From NCBI GenBank assembly GCA_964395115.1, contig CAYMZX010000006.1, positions 26,041 through 90,040 of the forward strand: a DNA stretch of 64,000 nucleotides. The letters are read 5' to 3'. This document shows positions 38,386 to 48,049 of the stretch, piece by piece. The first letter of the stretch is position 1. Every line of letters starts with the position of its first letter. The position numbers and the translations under genes are program-made. Below the pieces are notes generated by a model, which worked only from the letters and a program-made list of their open reading frames with translations, did not search any database and was not told the DNA's origin. Origin of the DNA: an uncultured Gammaproteobacteria bacterium. Its GTDB lineage: Bacteria > Patescibacteriota > Microgenomatia > UBA8517.

Positions 38386-40833
38386 TTAAACCGTGGCAAT
38401 TAGAGGCTGGGGGGAAACTGCGCGATCAGCTTTGATCTTTGGAGGCCAAGTCGTCAAAGCAGTCTTCAGAACCGTCTCAACATTATCGACAAAGATAAAG
38501 TTTATACCCTCTTGAACCTTCTTTGGAATATCTTCCATATCTTTTTTATTATCCTTCGGCATCACGATAGTCTTAAGACCTGCCCTGTGGCCAGCTACAA
38601 CTTTCTCTTTAACCCCACCTATTTCAAGCACCCTACCTCGCAGGGTAATTTCTCCGGTCATACCTACATCCTTTTTAACTGCGACACCTGTCAGGGCTGA
38701 TACAAGTGCGGTTGTTATGGCGATACCGGCCGAAGGCCCATCTTTGGGAACAGCGCCTTCTGGTACATGAATGTGAACATCAATTTTTTGAGAAAAATTC
38801 TCTTTTAATCCCAAAGCTCTCCAGTGGGATTTTGCCCATGTAAAGGCCGCCATGGCTGATTCTTTCATCACATCACCCAGTTGTCCTGTTAAGGTTAGTT
38901 TACCTTTACCCGGCATAAGAGATACCTCAATAAAAAGAATCTCTCCCCCAGCCGCCGTCACTGCCAAACCGGTAGCCATCCCAACCTCGTCTTTTTTCTC
39001 AGCCAATTGAGAAGTATATCTATAAGGGCCAAGGAATTTCCTAACATCTACAGAACCTAAATTTTTGGGATATTTTTTCTTTTCGGCAACTTGACGGGCA
39101 ATTTTTCTACAAATAGTTGCCAAATTCCTTTCTAAGTCCCTAACCCCAGCCTCTTTGGTGTAACGCCTGATTATCTCTAGGAAAATAGATTCTGATACTT
39201 TAATTTTTTTATCCTCGAGACTGTGAAGTCTTAATTGTTTTGGCCAAAGATATTTTTTGGCAATATGATACTTTTCATCTTCAATATAGCCTGCAAATTT
39301 AATTATTTCCATACGGTCAAGAAGAGGAGCAGGTATGGTATCAGTCACATTTCCTGTACAAATAAACATAACTTCACTTAAATCAAAAGGAACCTCTAGA
39401 TAGTGATCTGAAAACTCTCTATTTTGTTCTGGATCCAGGGCTTCCAATAAAGCCGAAGACGGATCTCCCCTAAAATCAACCCCGATTTTATCAATCTCAT
39501 CAAGCATAAATACGGGGTTTTTGCTCCCTGCATTTTTGATTCCCTGGATAATTCTGCCCGGAAGAGCTCCCACATAAGTTCTTCGGTGTCCTCTTATTTC
39601 TGCCTCATCTCGAATCCCACCAAGAGACACTCTGACAAACTTTCTTCCCAAGGCCCTGGCAATTGATTTTCCAATTGAAGTCTTACCCACACCGGGCGGA
39701 CCTATAAAGCACAAAATTGTAGGATGATGCTCTCCGTTTTCACCAACTTTTCCTTTCTTGTGATTTCTTTGAGTCTCTTTTTTCAACTTCATCACTGCCA
39801 AAAACTCCAAAATTCTTTCTTTGACTTTGTCCAAACCATAATGATCCTCATCTAAAGTCTTTTCGGCCCGTTTAATCGAGGCGTTATCGGATGTAACCTT
39901 GCTCCAAGGCATATCACAAAGCCAATCTAAATAATTTCGGATATAACCACCTTCAGGGTTGTTGATCGAGAGTTGCTGGAGTCTTTTGAGTTCCTTTTGT
40001 GCTTTCTCACGAATCTCTTTTGGCATTTTTGCTTTTTTAATTTTCTGTTTATATTCATTTATTTCATCTGTCATAATACCCGATTCATCCTCACCCAACT
40101 CTTCCTCTATCGTGCGTTTCTTTTCTCGAAGCATAGCCTTGCGCATCTGATCTTCAAAGCGTTTGTGGGTTTTAATCGATATAGTTCTTTCTATATCCAA
40201 AATATTAACCTCCCGTCCCAAAAGCTCAAGCACTCTCTCAGTTCTTCTCAAGACAGAAATGGTCTCAAGTAGTTTTTGTTTTTCGGAAGTCTTTACATCA
40301 AGAAGTGATGCTATCGAATCCACTATCTCAATGGGATCTGCCTCCCCTGAAAGGATGCGCATCAAAGTCGTTATCTCCACAGCTTTTCCCAAATTTACCG
40401 ATTTTTTGAAAAGCTCAATAAGTTGTTTAGAAAGGGCTATAAGCTTATCACTTTTGGTTTCTTCTTCGGCAATTTCTTCAACCTTTGCCATAAGATAAGG
40501 CTTATCTGTTACCCACTCTACAACCCTAATTCTTATTTGTCCCCTAACCATAGCATTAATCTCCTCCCCCGAAGACATCATCTGAGTAATTGTTGCCAAA
40601 GTCCCAATTTTATAAAGATCATCAAATACTGGGTTAGACAGCCGCGGATCCTTTTGGGTAAGAATTCCAATCACTCTGTCTTTCTCAAAAGCTGTGTTAA
40701 CTGCCGCCACCGACTTTGGCCTTCCAAAGGAAAGAATTGAGTCTGTATGTGGAAAAACTACAGAACCCCGAATCGCAACAATTGGAATTGTCCGAAATAT
40801 TTTATTATTTTCTTGTATTTTTGTATCCTGCAT
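38386..40833 (-). CDS. lon: ATP-dependent Lon protease
   Basis: GPPGVGKTS, RRTYVGA.PG, PKDGPSAG; likely start MQDTK. Confidence 0.97.
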   Translation of the reverse strand: MQDTKIQENNKIFRTIPIVAIRGSVVFPHTDSILSFGRPKSVAAVNTAFEKDRVIGILTQKDPRLSNPVFDDLYKIGTLATITQMMSSGEEINAMVRGQIRIRVVEWVTDKPYLMAKVEEIAEEETKSDKLIALSKQLIELFKKSVNLGKAVEITTLMRILSGEADPIEIVDSIASLLDVKTSEKQKLLETISVLRRTERVLELLGREVNILDIERTISIKTHKRFEDQMRKAMLREKKRTIEEELGEDESGIMTDEINEYKQKIKKAKMPKEIREKAQKELKRLQQLSINNPEGGYIRNYLDWLCDMPWSKVTSDNASIKRAEKTLDEDHYGLDKVKERILEFLAVMKLKKETQRNHKKGKVGENGEHHPTILCFIGPPGVGKTSIGKSIARALGRKFVRVSLGGIRDEAEIRGHRRTYVGALPGRIIQGIKNAGSKNPVFMLDEIDKIGVDFRGDPSSALLEALDPEQNREFSDHYLEVPFDLSEVMFICTGNVTDTIPAPLLDRMEIIKFAGYIEDEKYHIAKKYLWPKQLRLHSLEDKKIKVSESIFLEIIRRYTKEAGVRDLERNLATICRKIARQVAEKKKYPKNLGSVDVRKFLGPYRYTSQLAEKKDEVGMATGLAVTAAGGEILFIEVSLMPGKGKLTLTGQLGDVMKESAMAAFTWAKSHWRALGLKENFSQKIDVHIHVPEGAVPKDGPSAGIAITTALVSALTGVAVKKDVGMTGEITLRGRVLEIGGVKEKVVAGHRAGLKTIVMPKDNKKDMEDIPKKVQEGINFIFVDNVETVLKTALTTWPPKIKADRAVSPQPLIATV

Positions 40834-40874
40834 GGCCTTGATTCTTAGCAGTCTAGCAATAAGAGTGCTATATG

Positions 40875-41324
40875 TCAACTGGGAAAATGCATTTCCTTAA
40901 AAAAGACCGCTATTAAAAAGCCCACTAAACCTCCTAAAAAAATATCCAAAGGATAGTGAACATTTGCAATGATTCTTCCTACACCAATGATAAGAGCAGT
41001 AATTATTAAAAAACTCCCCAATTTTTTTTGATAGAAAATAACTGTTGTGGCAAGTGCAAAGGCGACGGCTGAGTGTAAAGAAGGAAAACTAGCAGGGGTA
41101 AAATATCCTGCTTTGGGAGTTAGGGCAGAAAAATAAAACGGTCTTGGAAGACCATAAAGTTCCTTAAGAACAATTATAATTGCCGCAGCGAAAAAAGTTG
41201 CCAAGAAAACATGCATTGCTTCCTTTTTATTCTTTTCTATAAACCAAAGATATACAAGAACTGATAAAAAAAGAACAAAAACTCCATAAGTATTTAAAAA
41301 CGCCAAAAGTGAAAAGTCAATCAT
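40875..41324 (-). CDS. PAP2 family phosphatase
   Basis: K......RP, SFPSLH, R....VHYPLD. Confidence 0.87.
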   Translation of the reverse strand: MIDFSLLAFLNTYGVFVLFLSVLVYLWFIEKNKKEAMHVFLATFFAAAIIIVLKELYGLPRPFYFSALTPKAGYFTPASFPSLHSAVAFALATTVIFYQKKLGSFLIITALIIGVGRIIANVHYPLDIFLGGLVGFLIAVFFKEMHFPS

Positions 41325-41979
41325 GGATGACAACTTTACTTCCGGGATTATCGGCAGAGGCATAAACAATTGGTTTACCATCAAGCACCAAGGGTCCAAG
41401 CCAATAAAAAAGTTCCTCAGCTTTTTGTGTCGGCAAATTCACACAGCCGTGGCTTCTTGGATTTCCAAAATCATTGTGCCAATAAGTTCCATGCAATCCA
41501 TAACCTCTCCATTTGGGAATCTCGTTATTATCAAAATACATTACATAAGGAACGTTGGGTAAATTGTAATAATATCTGCCCTGCCCCCCTTCCATTCGAG
41601 CATAACGAAGTTTGACCCAAATCCAAAATTCGCCTTTGGGGGTTGGATACCATCTAAGTCCCGTTGATACCGGAGTCTCCAAAAAAAGATTATCCCCGTC
41701 CCAAGCCGTAAGCCGCTGATCGGAAAGATCAATCTCAACCCAACGATTCCTAGCCGAGTTAGTGCCTAAAACTTTTTGATTAGCCTTAGAATCAGCAGTA
41801 ATTTCAGGTGGTAAGGAAACCCTTTTACCTTCAAAAATTCCTGCCACTTCTGCTTTAAAAAGACCAGAAAAATCACTTGTGCTGCAGGCAGGTGGCGGAG
41901 AGAATTTACGAGCTGAGGCAATAAGCACTCCAAATCCCAAAAGAACTATTATTGGCACCAAAAAAATAAACCTTCCCAT
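41317..41979 (-). CDS. L,D-transpeptidase (YkuD family)
   Basis: VSTG...TP.G, GLHGTYWH...SHGCVNL. Confidence 0.9.
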   Translation of the reverse strand: MGRFIFLVPIIVLLGFGVLIASARKFSPPPACSTSDFSGLFKAEVAGIFEGKRVSLPPEITADSKANQKVLGTNSARNRWVEIDLSDQRLTAWDGDNLFLETPVSTGLRWYPTPKGEFWIWVKLRYARMEGGQGRYYYNLPNVPYVMYFDNNEIPKWRGYGLHGTYWHNDFGNPRSHGCVNLPTQKAEELFYWLGPLVLDGKPIVYASADNPGSKVVIHD

Positions 41980-42040
41980 CTAAAAAATCCTATCACACTC
42001 ATTGTTTGCCAAACAATGAGTGCGCTATACTTAAATTAAG

Positions 42041-42400
42041 GTGAGTAAGAAAAATCCAGTTTCCACAAGTTTTAAGTTTGCGCTTGAAGGATTAAAATTG
42101 GCATTTCTAAGCGAACCTAACTTTAGGGTACATACCTTGTTTGCTATTACAGTCCTGATTCTTGCACTTATTTTGGGGTTTAATTTAGCAGAGTGGACTA
42201 TCCTTCTTTTTACAATCTCTTTTGTTATTGTTATGGAACTTTTTAATACAGCAGTGGAAGCCATTGTTGATTTAGTAAGCCCTGAAATAAAACCAAAAGC
42301 AAAAATTGCCAAAGACGTTGCAGCAGCAGCCGTACTCATCTCAGCCATGGTTGCCGTGATTATCGGGTTTGTCCTTTTTATTCCAAAAATTTTCTCCTAA
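42041..42400 (+). CDS. dgkA: Diacylglycerol/undecaprenol kinase
   Basis: E.NFRVH, ELFNTAVE, AKDVAAAAV. Confidence 0.9.
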   Translation: MSKKNPVSTSFKFALEGLKLAFLSEPNFRVHTLFAITVLILALILGFNLAEWTILLFTISFVIVMELFNTAVEAIVDLVSPEIKPKAKIAKDVAAAAVLISAMVAVIIGFVLFIPKIFS

Positions 42401-43134
42401 GCAAGAAGTGCGATAATTCCGATAACTAAACAATAGAAAGAAAAATATTTAAACTTTTCTTGGGTCAAAAGTTTAATAACCAAATAAATCGCTAAATATC
42501 CAACAAAAAATGAGGTGATAAAGCCAAGAAAGTATAAAGAAAAATTTATACTGTCATTAAAACCATTCCTAAAAAACTCCAGCGCATTTGCTCCAATGAT
42601 AGCCGGGACTGAAAGTAAAAATGAAAATTCAGCCGCAGTTTTTTTATCAATTCCCCTTTTAACACCTGCAAAAATAGTCGATCCTGACCGGGAAATACCC
42701 GGAACAATGGCTATAGCCTGAAAAAGACCAACAAAAAAGGAATCTGCTAAAGAAATGTTTTTTTTGTTACTTGCAGTTTGGTTTGTAATATAATTAAAGC
42801 AAGCTGTAATAAAAAACGCCAAGCCAACAGCGGCAGTTTTTTCAAAAAGATTTTCAAAAAAAGACTGAAATAAAAATCCGATAACAAACGCAGGTATATT
42901 TCCAATAATTATCAGGATTAGACACTTTTTTGTTAGTCTTACTAGCTTTTTTCTAAAATAGATTAATATAGCAAGCATGGTACCGGCATGAAGAAAAACT
43001 TCGAATAAAATTCCCGGCTCTTTAAAAGAAGGTAAAACCTTACCAATCAAAACCAAATGCCCCGAGGAGGAAACCGGTAAAAATTCGGTTAGACCTTGAA
43101 CAATTCCTAAAACAATACTTTCAAATATCCCCAT
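42397..43134 (-). CDS. uppP: Undecaprenyl-diphosphate phosphatase
   Basis: QGLTEFLPVSSSGH, PGISRSG.T. Confidence 0.95.
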   Translation of the reverse strand: MGIFESIVLGIVQGLTEFLPVSSSGHLVLIGKVLPSFKEPGILFEVFLHAGTMLAILIYFRKKLVRLTKKCLILIIIGNIPAFVIGFLFQSFFENLFEKTAAVGLAFFITACFNYITNQTASNKKNISLADSFFVGLFQAIAIVPGISRSGSTIFAGVKRGIDKKTAAEFSFLLSVPAIIGANALEFFRNGFNDSINFSLYFLGFITSFFVGYLAIYLVIKLLTQEKFKYFSFYCLVIGIIALLA

Positions 43135-43795
43135 CTTTTTTAATCAAAGCTTTTAAATCAGTAAGGCTCACCGCCTCTGAAAGATTATAGTCACCAATTT
43201 TAGTTCTTCTTAGCTCTTTTAAGTATGCCCCACAACCCAGTTTTCTGCCAATATCCCGAGCCAAAGCTCTAATATAAGTTCCGCTACTCACAAGACACGA
43301 AATACGCAACACAGGATACGAGTAACTAAGTAGTTTAATAGAATAAATAACCACCTTCCTCGGTTGAAGTACGACTTTCTTCCCCTCTCTTGCCAGTTTA
43401 TAGGCTTTCTTACCTTTTATCTTAATTGCCGAGTACAACGGCGGCACCTGCTCTTGAACCCCAAGAAAAAAATTTAATACTTTGATAATTTGAATTTTTG
43501 AGATTTGGGAATTGATTGAAAATTGAGAATTGAAAATTGCTAATTTACGACCCTCTGAGTCGTCGGTGTCTCTTTCTTCCCCCAGCACTATCTCCGCCTC
43601 ATATTCCTTTTTATTTTTTGCAATCTGTCCCAACTTCTTGGTGCTTTCCCTGCCAACTCCAACTATTAATAGTCCTGTTGCGTTGGGATCCAAAGTTCCT
43701 CCATGCCCCACCCGTTTTTCGCCAGTGATTCTTCTCACCTCATCCACCACATCGTGGCTGGTCATCCCCTTTGGTTTGTCTATAAGAATTAACAT
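43121..43795 (-). CDS. truB: tRNA pseudouridine(55) synthase
   Basis: DKPKGMTSHD, GH.GTLDP.ATG, SGTYIRALARD. Confidence 0.95.
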   Translation of the reverse strand: MLILIDKPKGMTSHDVVDEVRRITGEKRVGHGGTLDPNATGLLIVGVGRESTKKLGQIAKNKKEYEAEIVLGEERDTDDSEGRKLAIFNSQFSINSQISKIQIIKVLNFFLGVQEQVPPLYSAIKIKGKKAYKLAREGKKVVLQPRKVVIYSIKLLSYSYPVLRISCLVSSGTYIRALARDIGRKLGCGAYLKELRRTKIGDYNLSEAVSLTDLKALIKKDGDI

Positions 43796-43811
43796 TAAAC
43801 CTTATTGTAGG

Positions 43812-44429
43812 CTATTGAAGGGATTTCTTGAAGTTTTCCTCAACTTGTGGCCAGTTCACCACATTCCAAAACGCCTCAACATACTCATTCCTTCTATTTT
43901 GGTACTTTAAATAATACGCATGTTCCCATACATCCAGTCCCAAAATCGGTATTTCAGAATTTGATAGAGGAGTGTCTTGATTGGGTAAACTTTTGACTTC
44001 TAACTTTGAATTTTTAACTACCAACCACGCCCATCCACTGCCAAAATGCCCAACTGCAACACTTGTGAATTTTTCTTTAAAACTGTCAAAACTGCCAAAT
44101 GCAGAATCTAAAGCTTCCTTTAGTTGACCGGGGATTTTATCCTTTACTACTTGACCGGAAGGAGCCATCATCTTCCAAAAAATACTGTGATTATAATGCC
44201 CCCCTCCATGATTTCTAACAGCCATTCTTATTTCCTCTGGAATTTTATTCAAATCCTTAAGTATTTCATCAATTGGTTTCTGCAGAAGATAAGACTTTCC
44301 CTCCAAGGCAGCATTCAACTTATCAACATAGGCCTGATGATGTTTAGTATGATGAATCCTCATCGTCTCCTCATCAATATAAGGCTCTAAAGCATTGTAA
44401 GGATATGAAAGCTTGGGTAGTTCGAACAT
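43812..44429 (-). CDS. sodA: Fe/Mn superoxide dismutase
   Basis: [23 protein letters not shown]. Confidence 0.93.
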   Translation of the reverse strand: MFELPKLSYPYNALEPYIDEETMRIHHTKHHQAYVDKLNAALEGKSYLLQKPIDEILKDLNKIPEEIRMAVRNHGGGHYNHSIFWKMMAPSGQVVKDKIPGQLKEALDSAFGSFDSFKEKFTSVAVGHFGSGWAWLVVKNSKLEVKSLPNQDTPLSNSEIPILGLDVWEHAYYLKYQNRRNEYVEAFWNVVNWPQVEENFKKSLQ

Positions 44430-44515
44430 AATAAGATTACTTTACAGGGTGAAAACGGATTGTCAATAAGTTTTTCCGTCAAAAGCACAAGATTTGATAT
44501 AATAAGTAGCCTTAT

Positions 44516-44589
44516 TGCCCGGTGGTGTAATGGTAGCACGCCACGCTCTGGACGTGGAAACTGGGGTTCGAGTCCCTGCCGGGCAGCCA
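44516..44589 (+). tRNA. tRNA-Gln(CTG)
   Basis: CCACG-CTCTGGA-CGTGG anticodon arm; encoded CCA. Confidence 0.94.
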
Positions 44590-44617
44590 GTAAGAATCGG
44601 AAGACCGCGAAGAGGTA

Positions 44618-44649
44618 GCGCTTGCCGCTCGCGCCTGAGCGGCAAGCGC
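44618..44649. repeat. Perfect 13-bp GC-rich hairpin downstream of tRNA-Gln
   Basis: GCGCTTGCCGCTC-gcgcct-GAGCGGCAAGCGC. Confidence 0.8.
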
Positions 44650-44664
44650 GTCAAATCCGCTTTT

Positions 44665-44686
44665 TAACACACCCCAGGGGTGGGTA
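44665..44686 (+). repeat. 22-bp palindrome-containing repeat, copy 1
   Basis: TAACACACCCCAGGGGTGGGTA; copy 2 at 47458-47479 differs by one base. Confidence 0.8.
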
Positions 44687-44782
44687 GTAGCAAACCTACC
44701 CATGTTTGGCAAAGATAATGAATATTGTAGAAAAACATTCTTTACAAAAATTATCAAAAGTCCTGCTGAATTGATTGAGGGG

Positions 44783-45202
44783 TTAAAATAGAGTGAACGC
44801 CTTTTTTATGACTTCTCGCGTTTCTTTGCTTAGATTGTAACTATCCAAATCCCTCTTTGTGACCCAGGCAAAATTTTGGTGTTCGGGACTTAATCTAACT
44901 TTGGGTCTCCCAAGACGTTTGCATAAAAAGGATATCTGGGTTGCGTCCCTAATTTCATCATCTTTTTCAACTCTAAATTCAAAAACATCAACGGGAACAA
45001 GTGGTTTAACATCAATCCCCACTTCTTCTTTTACCTCGCGGATGAGTGCTTTTTTGGAAGTTTCAAAATGCTCGCGCTTTCCACTTGGAATTTCCCAAAG
45101 ATTTGGGAAAACATCTTCATCAGCGCTTCTTTGAATTATAAGTATTTTTCCCCGATACTCAATTATTCCGGCAACAACTATTTTTTGGACAACCTTTTTC
45201 AT
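44783..45202 (-). CDS. NUDIX hydrolase
   Basis: Nudix box GKREHFETSKKALIREVKEEVG; start MKKVV. Confidence 0.88.
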   Translation of the reverse strand: MKKVVQKIVVAGIIEYRGKILIIQRSADEDVFPNLWEIPSGKREHFETSKKALIREVKEEVGIDVKPLVPVDVFEFRVEKDDEIRDATQISFLCKRLGRPKVRLSPEHQNFAWVTKRDLDSYNLSKETREVIKKAFTLF

Positions 45203-45240
45203 GTTCAGATTATACCCAATAATTTGATACAATACCAAAA

Positions 45241-45879
45241 ATGAAACTCTATCTAGTTCGCCACGGTGTAACCGTAGAATACGAGAACCAAAAATCTCAA
45301 AAGCCCGAAAGTCCCCTATCAAAAGAAGGTATAAAACAGGCAAAACTTTTGGCTCAAAGGATCAAAAGAAATGGTCTTAAATTTGACGTGGTATTTGCAA
45401 GCCCGTTTGAAAGAGCCAAAAAAACTGCAGAAATAATCTGCAAAGAACTAAATTTTCCTTTTGAAGAAACGGAACTACTTCAAGAAAGACTAAAGCCTGC
45501 CTTTATTGTGGGTCTGGGACCTGGAGACAGCCTTTATGACAAATATTTTGAAGAATTAAAAAAACACTGGAATGACATTGATTGGAAGTATAACAACGAG
45601 GGAGAATCAATAGCCGATGTCCTCGCCCGTGCGCAAAATTTTGAGAAGCATCTTTTCGAAAGACATTTGAATCAGGATATTTTGGTCGTCTCTCATGGAA
45701 TTTTTGGCAGATGTTTTATAGCCAATTGTATCTTGGGCGGAAATTCTAACAAGGATGTCTTTATGAACTTATTTCATGCCATAAAAATTGAAAACACCGG
45801 CTTTAGCTTTTTAGAATACGATGAAGATGATAATAGATGGAAAATCCATTTTCTCAATGACCACAGCCACCTGATGTAA
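45241..45879 (+). CDS. Histidine phosphatase family protein
   Basis: LVRHG, SPFERAKKTA, GES, VSHG, LNDHSHL. Confidence 0.9.
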   Translation: MKLYLVRHGVTVEYENQKSQKPESPLSKEGIKQAKLLAQRIKRNGLKFDVVFASPFERAKKTAEIICKELNFPFEETELLQERLKPAFIVGLGPGDSLYDKYFEELKKHWNDIDWKYNNEGESIADVLARAQNFEKHLFERHLNQDILVVSHGIFGRCFIANCILGGNSNKDVFMNLFHAIKIENTGFSFLEYDEDDNRWKIHFLNDHSHLM

Positions 45880-45897
45880 AATAAAAAATTAAATAAG

Positions 45898-46419
45898 ATG
45901 AAATCTTCTGAGGTAATCAGTATTTACAAAATGCTAAAAGACAATGAAATTGATGTTTGGCTGGACGGCGGCTGGGGAGTCGATGCCCTTTTGGGTCATC
46001 AAACCCGTGAGCACAAAGATATTGATATCGTAATTCAACAAAAAGATGTATTAAAACTAAGGAAAATACTAGAAGAGGAAGGACTCAAGGAAGTAAAAAG
46101 AGTCGATACAAGTGATTGGAATTTCGTTTTGGGGAAAGCTAATCTTCTACTTGATGTCCACGTAGTAACTTTTGACGAGAAAGGAAACGGTATTTATGGG
46201 CCAAGAAAAAGGGGCATTTTCTATCCTGCATATTCTTTTAAAAGAACAGGAAAGATTGAAGGTTTTCCGGTCAAATGTTTGACTGCAGATTACCAAGTGG
46301 AATCTCACAGAGGATATGAAATTGACGAAAATGACATCAATGATGTTTTTGCTTTGTGTAAGAAATTTGGTATCGCGCTTCCAAAAGAGTACATCAAATA
46401 CAAAACCGGAAAAAAGTAG
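45898..46419 (+). CDS. LnuA/ANT(2'')-like nucleotidyltransferase
   Basis: WLDGGWGVDALLG.QTREHKDIDI, LDVH. Confidence 0.82.
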   Translation: MKSSEVISIYKMLKDNEIDVWLDGGWGVDALLGHQTREHKDIDIVIQQKDVLKLRKILEEEGLKEVKRVDTSDWNFVLGKANLLLDVHVVTFDEKGNGIYGPRKRGIFYPAYSFKRTGKIEGFPVKCLTADYQVESHRGYEIDENDINDVFALCKKFGIALPKEYIKYKTGKK

Positions 46420-46471
46420 CTATAAGATTCACACTGTAAATTTATTACTTTAACTGATATAAGCTTTTAGA

Positions 46472-46975
46472 ATGGGAGATTTTAGTAAATATACAGATTA
46501 TAAAACCGTGCTTTCGGTGAATGCTCTTATTTGGTGTAAGGATAAAATCCTGATGCTAAAAAGAGCCGATACTAAAAAGGTCGATCCGGGGTTATATGCT
46601 GGTATTGGTGGAAAAGTAGAACCTCATGAGAGTTTTTATGACGCTTTAATTAGAGAAATTAAAGAGGAAACTGGACTTAATAAATTTGAGATTATAAGAC
46701 CTTACTCTATAACCCAACATCCATATCCTCCAACAGATTCGGAGTGGGTAAATGTCTACTTTATTATACATATTACCAAACAGGTAAAAATAGAGCCAAC
46801 AGAAGACGGAACTTTTCACTGGATTGACCCAAAAGACGTCGATAAATTACCGATGCCTACAGATTTAAAAGAGTATATTAAGATTCTTTCAGAAAACCCC
46901 AAAGCGTTTATTTTTGGTTTTTTTGACCATGACAAAGAGGGAAAACTGATAAGTAAAACAATTAAGGTTATATAA
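46472..46975 (+). CDS. NUDIX hydrolase
   Basis: GGKVEPHESFYDALIREIKEETG. Confidence 0.88.
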   Translation: MGDFSKYTDYKTVLSVNALIWCKDKILMLKRADTKKVDPGLYAGIGGKVEPHESFYDALIREIKEETGLNKFEIIRPYSITQHPYPPTDSEWVNVYFIIHITKQVKIEPTEDGTFHWIDPKDVDKLPMPTDLKEYIKILSENPKAFIFGFFDHDKEGKLISKTIKVI

Positions 46976-47097
46976 AAAAAATTTTTTTTGTTTTGGGAAT
47001 TTATCAGTTAATTATCTTGTACTCATAATATTGTTCTTGAGATAAGGTTTCTTACAACCGGTCTTATCAGGGAGTTCTTATCCTCTATAATTGAGGT

Positions 47098-47460
47098 ATG
47101 ACAAAACAAATTCTTGTCATTGGCGGAGGAACATCTTTTGTGTCTCATAAAAGTTATTTGGATTTCCTAAAAACAAGAAAGCTTACTTTGGATAATTTAA
47201 AAGTATCATTCTGATTGGTCACTCTCTTGGGGGAATATTTCTTGCAAAATATCTATCTGAAAATATTTTTCCCAAAAAGTTAAAGGCAACGATACTAGTT
47301 GCGGCACCCTACACCTCGAATAAAGATCTTGTGGATTTTAAGTTTAAAGAAGTATAAGAAAAGACTGCCTTTTGCCAAGACATTAACTTTTGAAGATCGT
47401 GGTCACTTTAACAAAGAATCATTCCCTGAAATTATCAAATTAATTAAGTCCATCAAATAA
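47098..47460 (+). pseudogene. Degraded alpha/beta hydrolase (RBBP9/YdeN-like)
   Basis: Fragments in shifting frames: MTKQILVIGGG, ILIGHSLGGIFLAKYLSE, ATILVAAP, FEDRGHFN.ESFPEI. Confidence 0.72.
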
Positions 47461-47479
47461 CACACCCCAGGAGTGGGTA
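47458..47479 (+). repeat. 22-bp palindrome-containing repeat, copy 2
   Basis: TAACACACCCCAGGAGTGGGTA. Confidence 0.8.
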
Positions 47480-47527
47480 ATAAACGAAAAACAAAGTATT
47501 TATAAATCACTTTAAGAATAAATTTAT

Positions 47528-48049
47528 TTAAGGAGTGTAGCGGAAGGATTGGACTATCTTCTCAAGATCATCATAAAGTTCTTTTGAGTCGGTGGAAAAA
47601 ACATATACCCAATCATCAACATAAATATAAAAAAGCTTAGCATAAATCTTACCCCTCAATTCCACTCGCGAGATAGCCGGAAAGCTATTTATTTTTAAGT
47701 CTCTCATCTCCGAAATATCTTTTATTTCATTTTTCTCATCAAAATTTATAAGAAAATGTTTCAAATCTCCATCCCCACTTGCATCATTCCTACCAAAATC
47801 AATAGTACCACCCTTTCCATGAAACTCTATATAGGATAATCCTTCTTTTACTTCAAATTCATGGGGCAAGTTAACAATAAAATCAAAGTTTTTTGATTGA
47901 AAAGTTTTCAACTGGGATTTTGTTGGAGTAGGGCTTTGAAACGACGAAGTTTCTTTATTATTCTTTTGAAAACCAGATAAATAAATAACCACGACAAAGA
48001 CAGCGACTAAACCAAGGATTAATACTAACAATAACTTTTTATTTTTCAT
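47528..48049 (-). CDS. Membrane-anchored hypothetical protein (PsbP-like fold possible)
   Basis: N-terminal TM helix; C-terminal IVQSFRY pattern. Confidence 0.6.
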   Translation of the reverse strand: MKNKKLLLVLILGLVAVFVVVIYLSGFQKNNKETSSFQSPTPTKSQLKTFQSKNFDFIVNLPHEFEVKEGLSYIEFHGKGGTIDFGRNDASGDGDLKHFLINFDEKNEIKDISEMRDLKINSFPAISRVELRGKIYAKLFYIYVDDWVYVFSTDSKELYDDLEKIVQSFRYTP

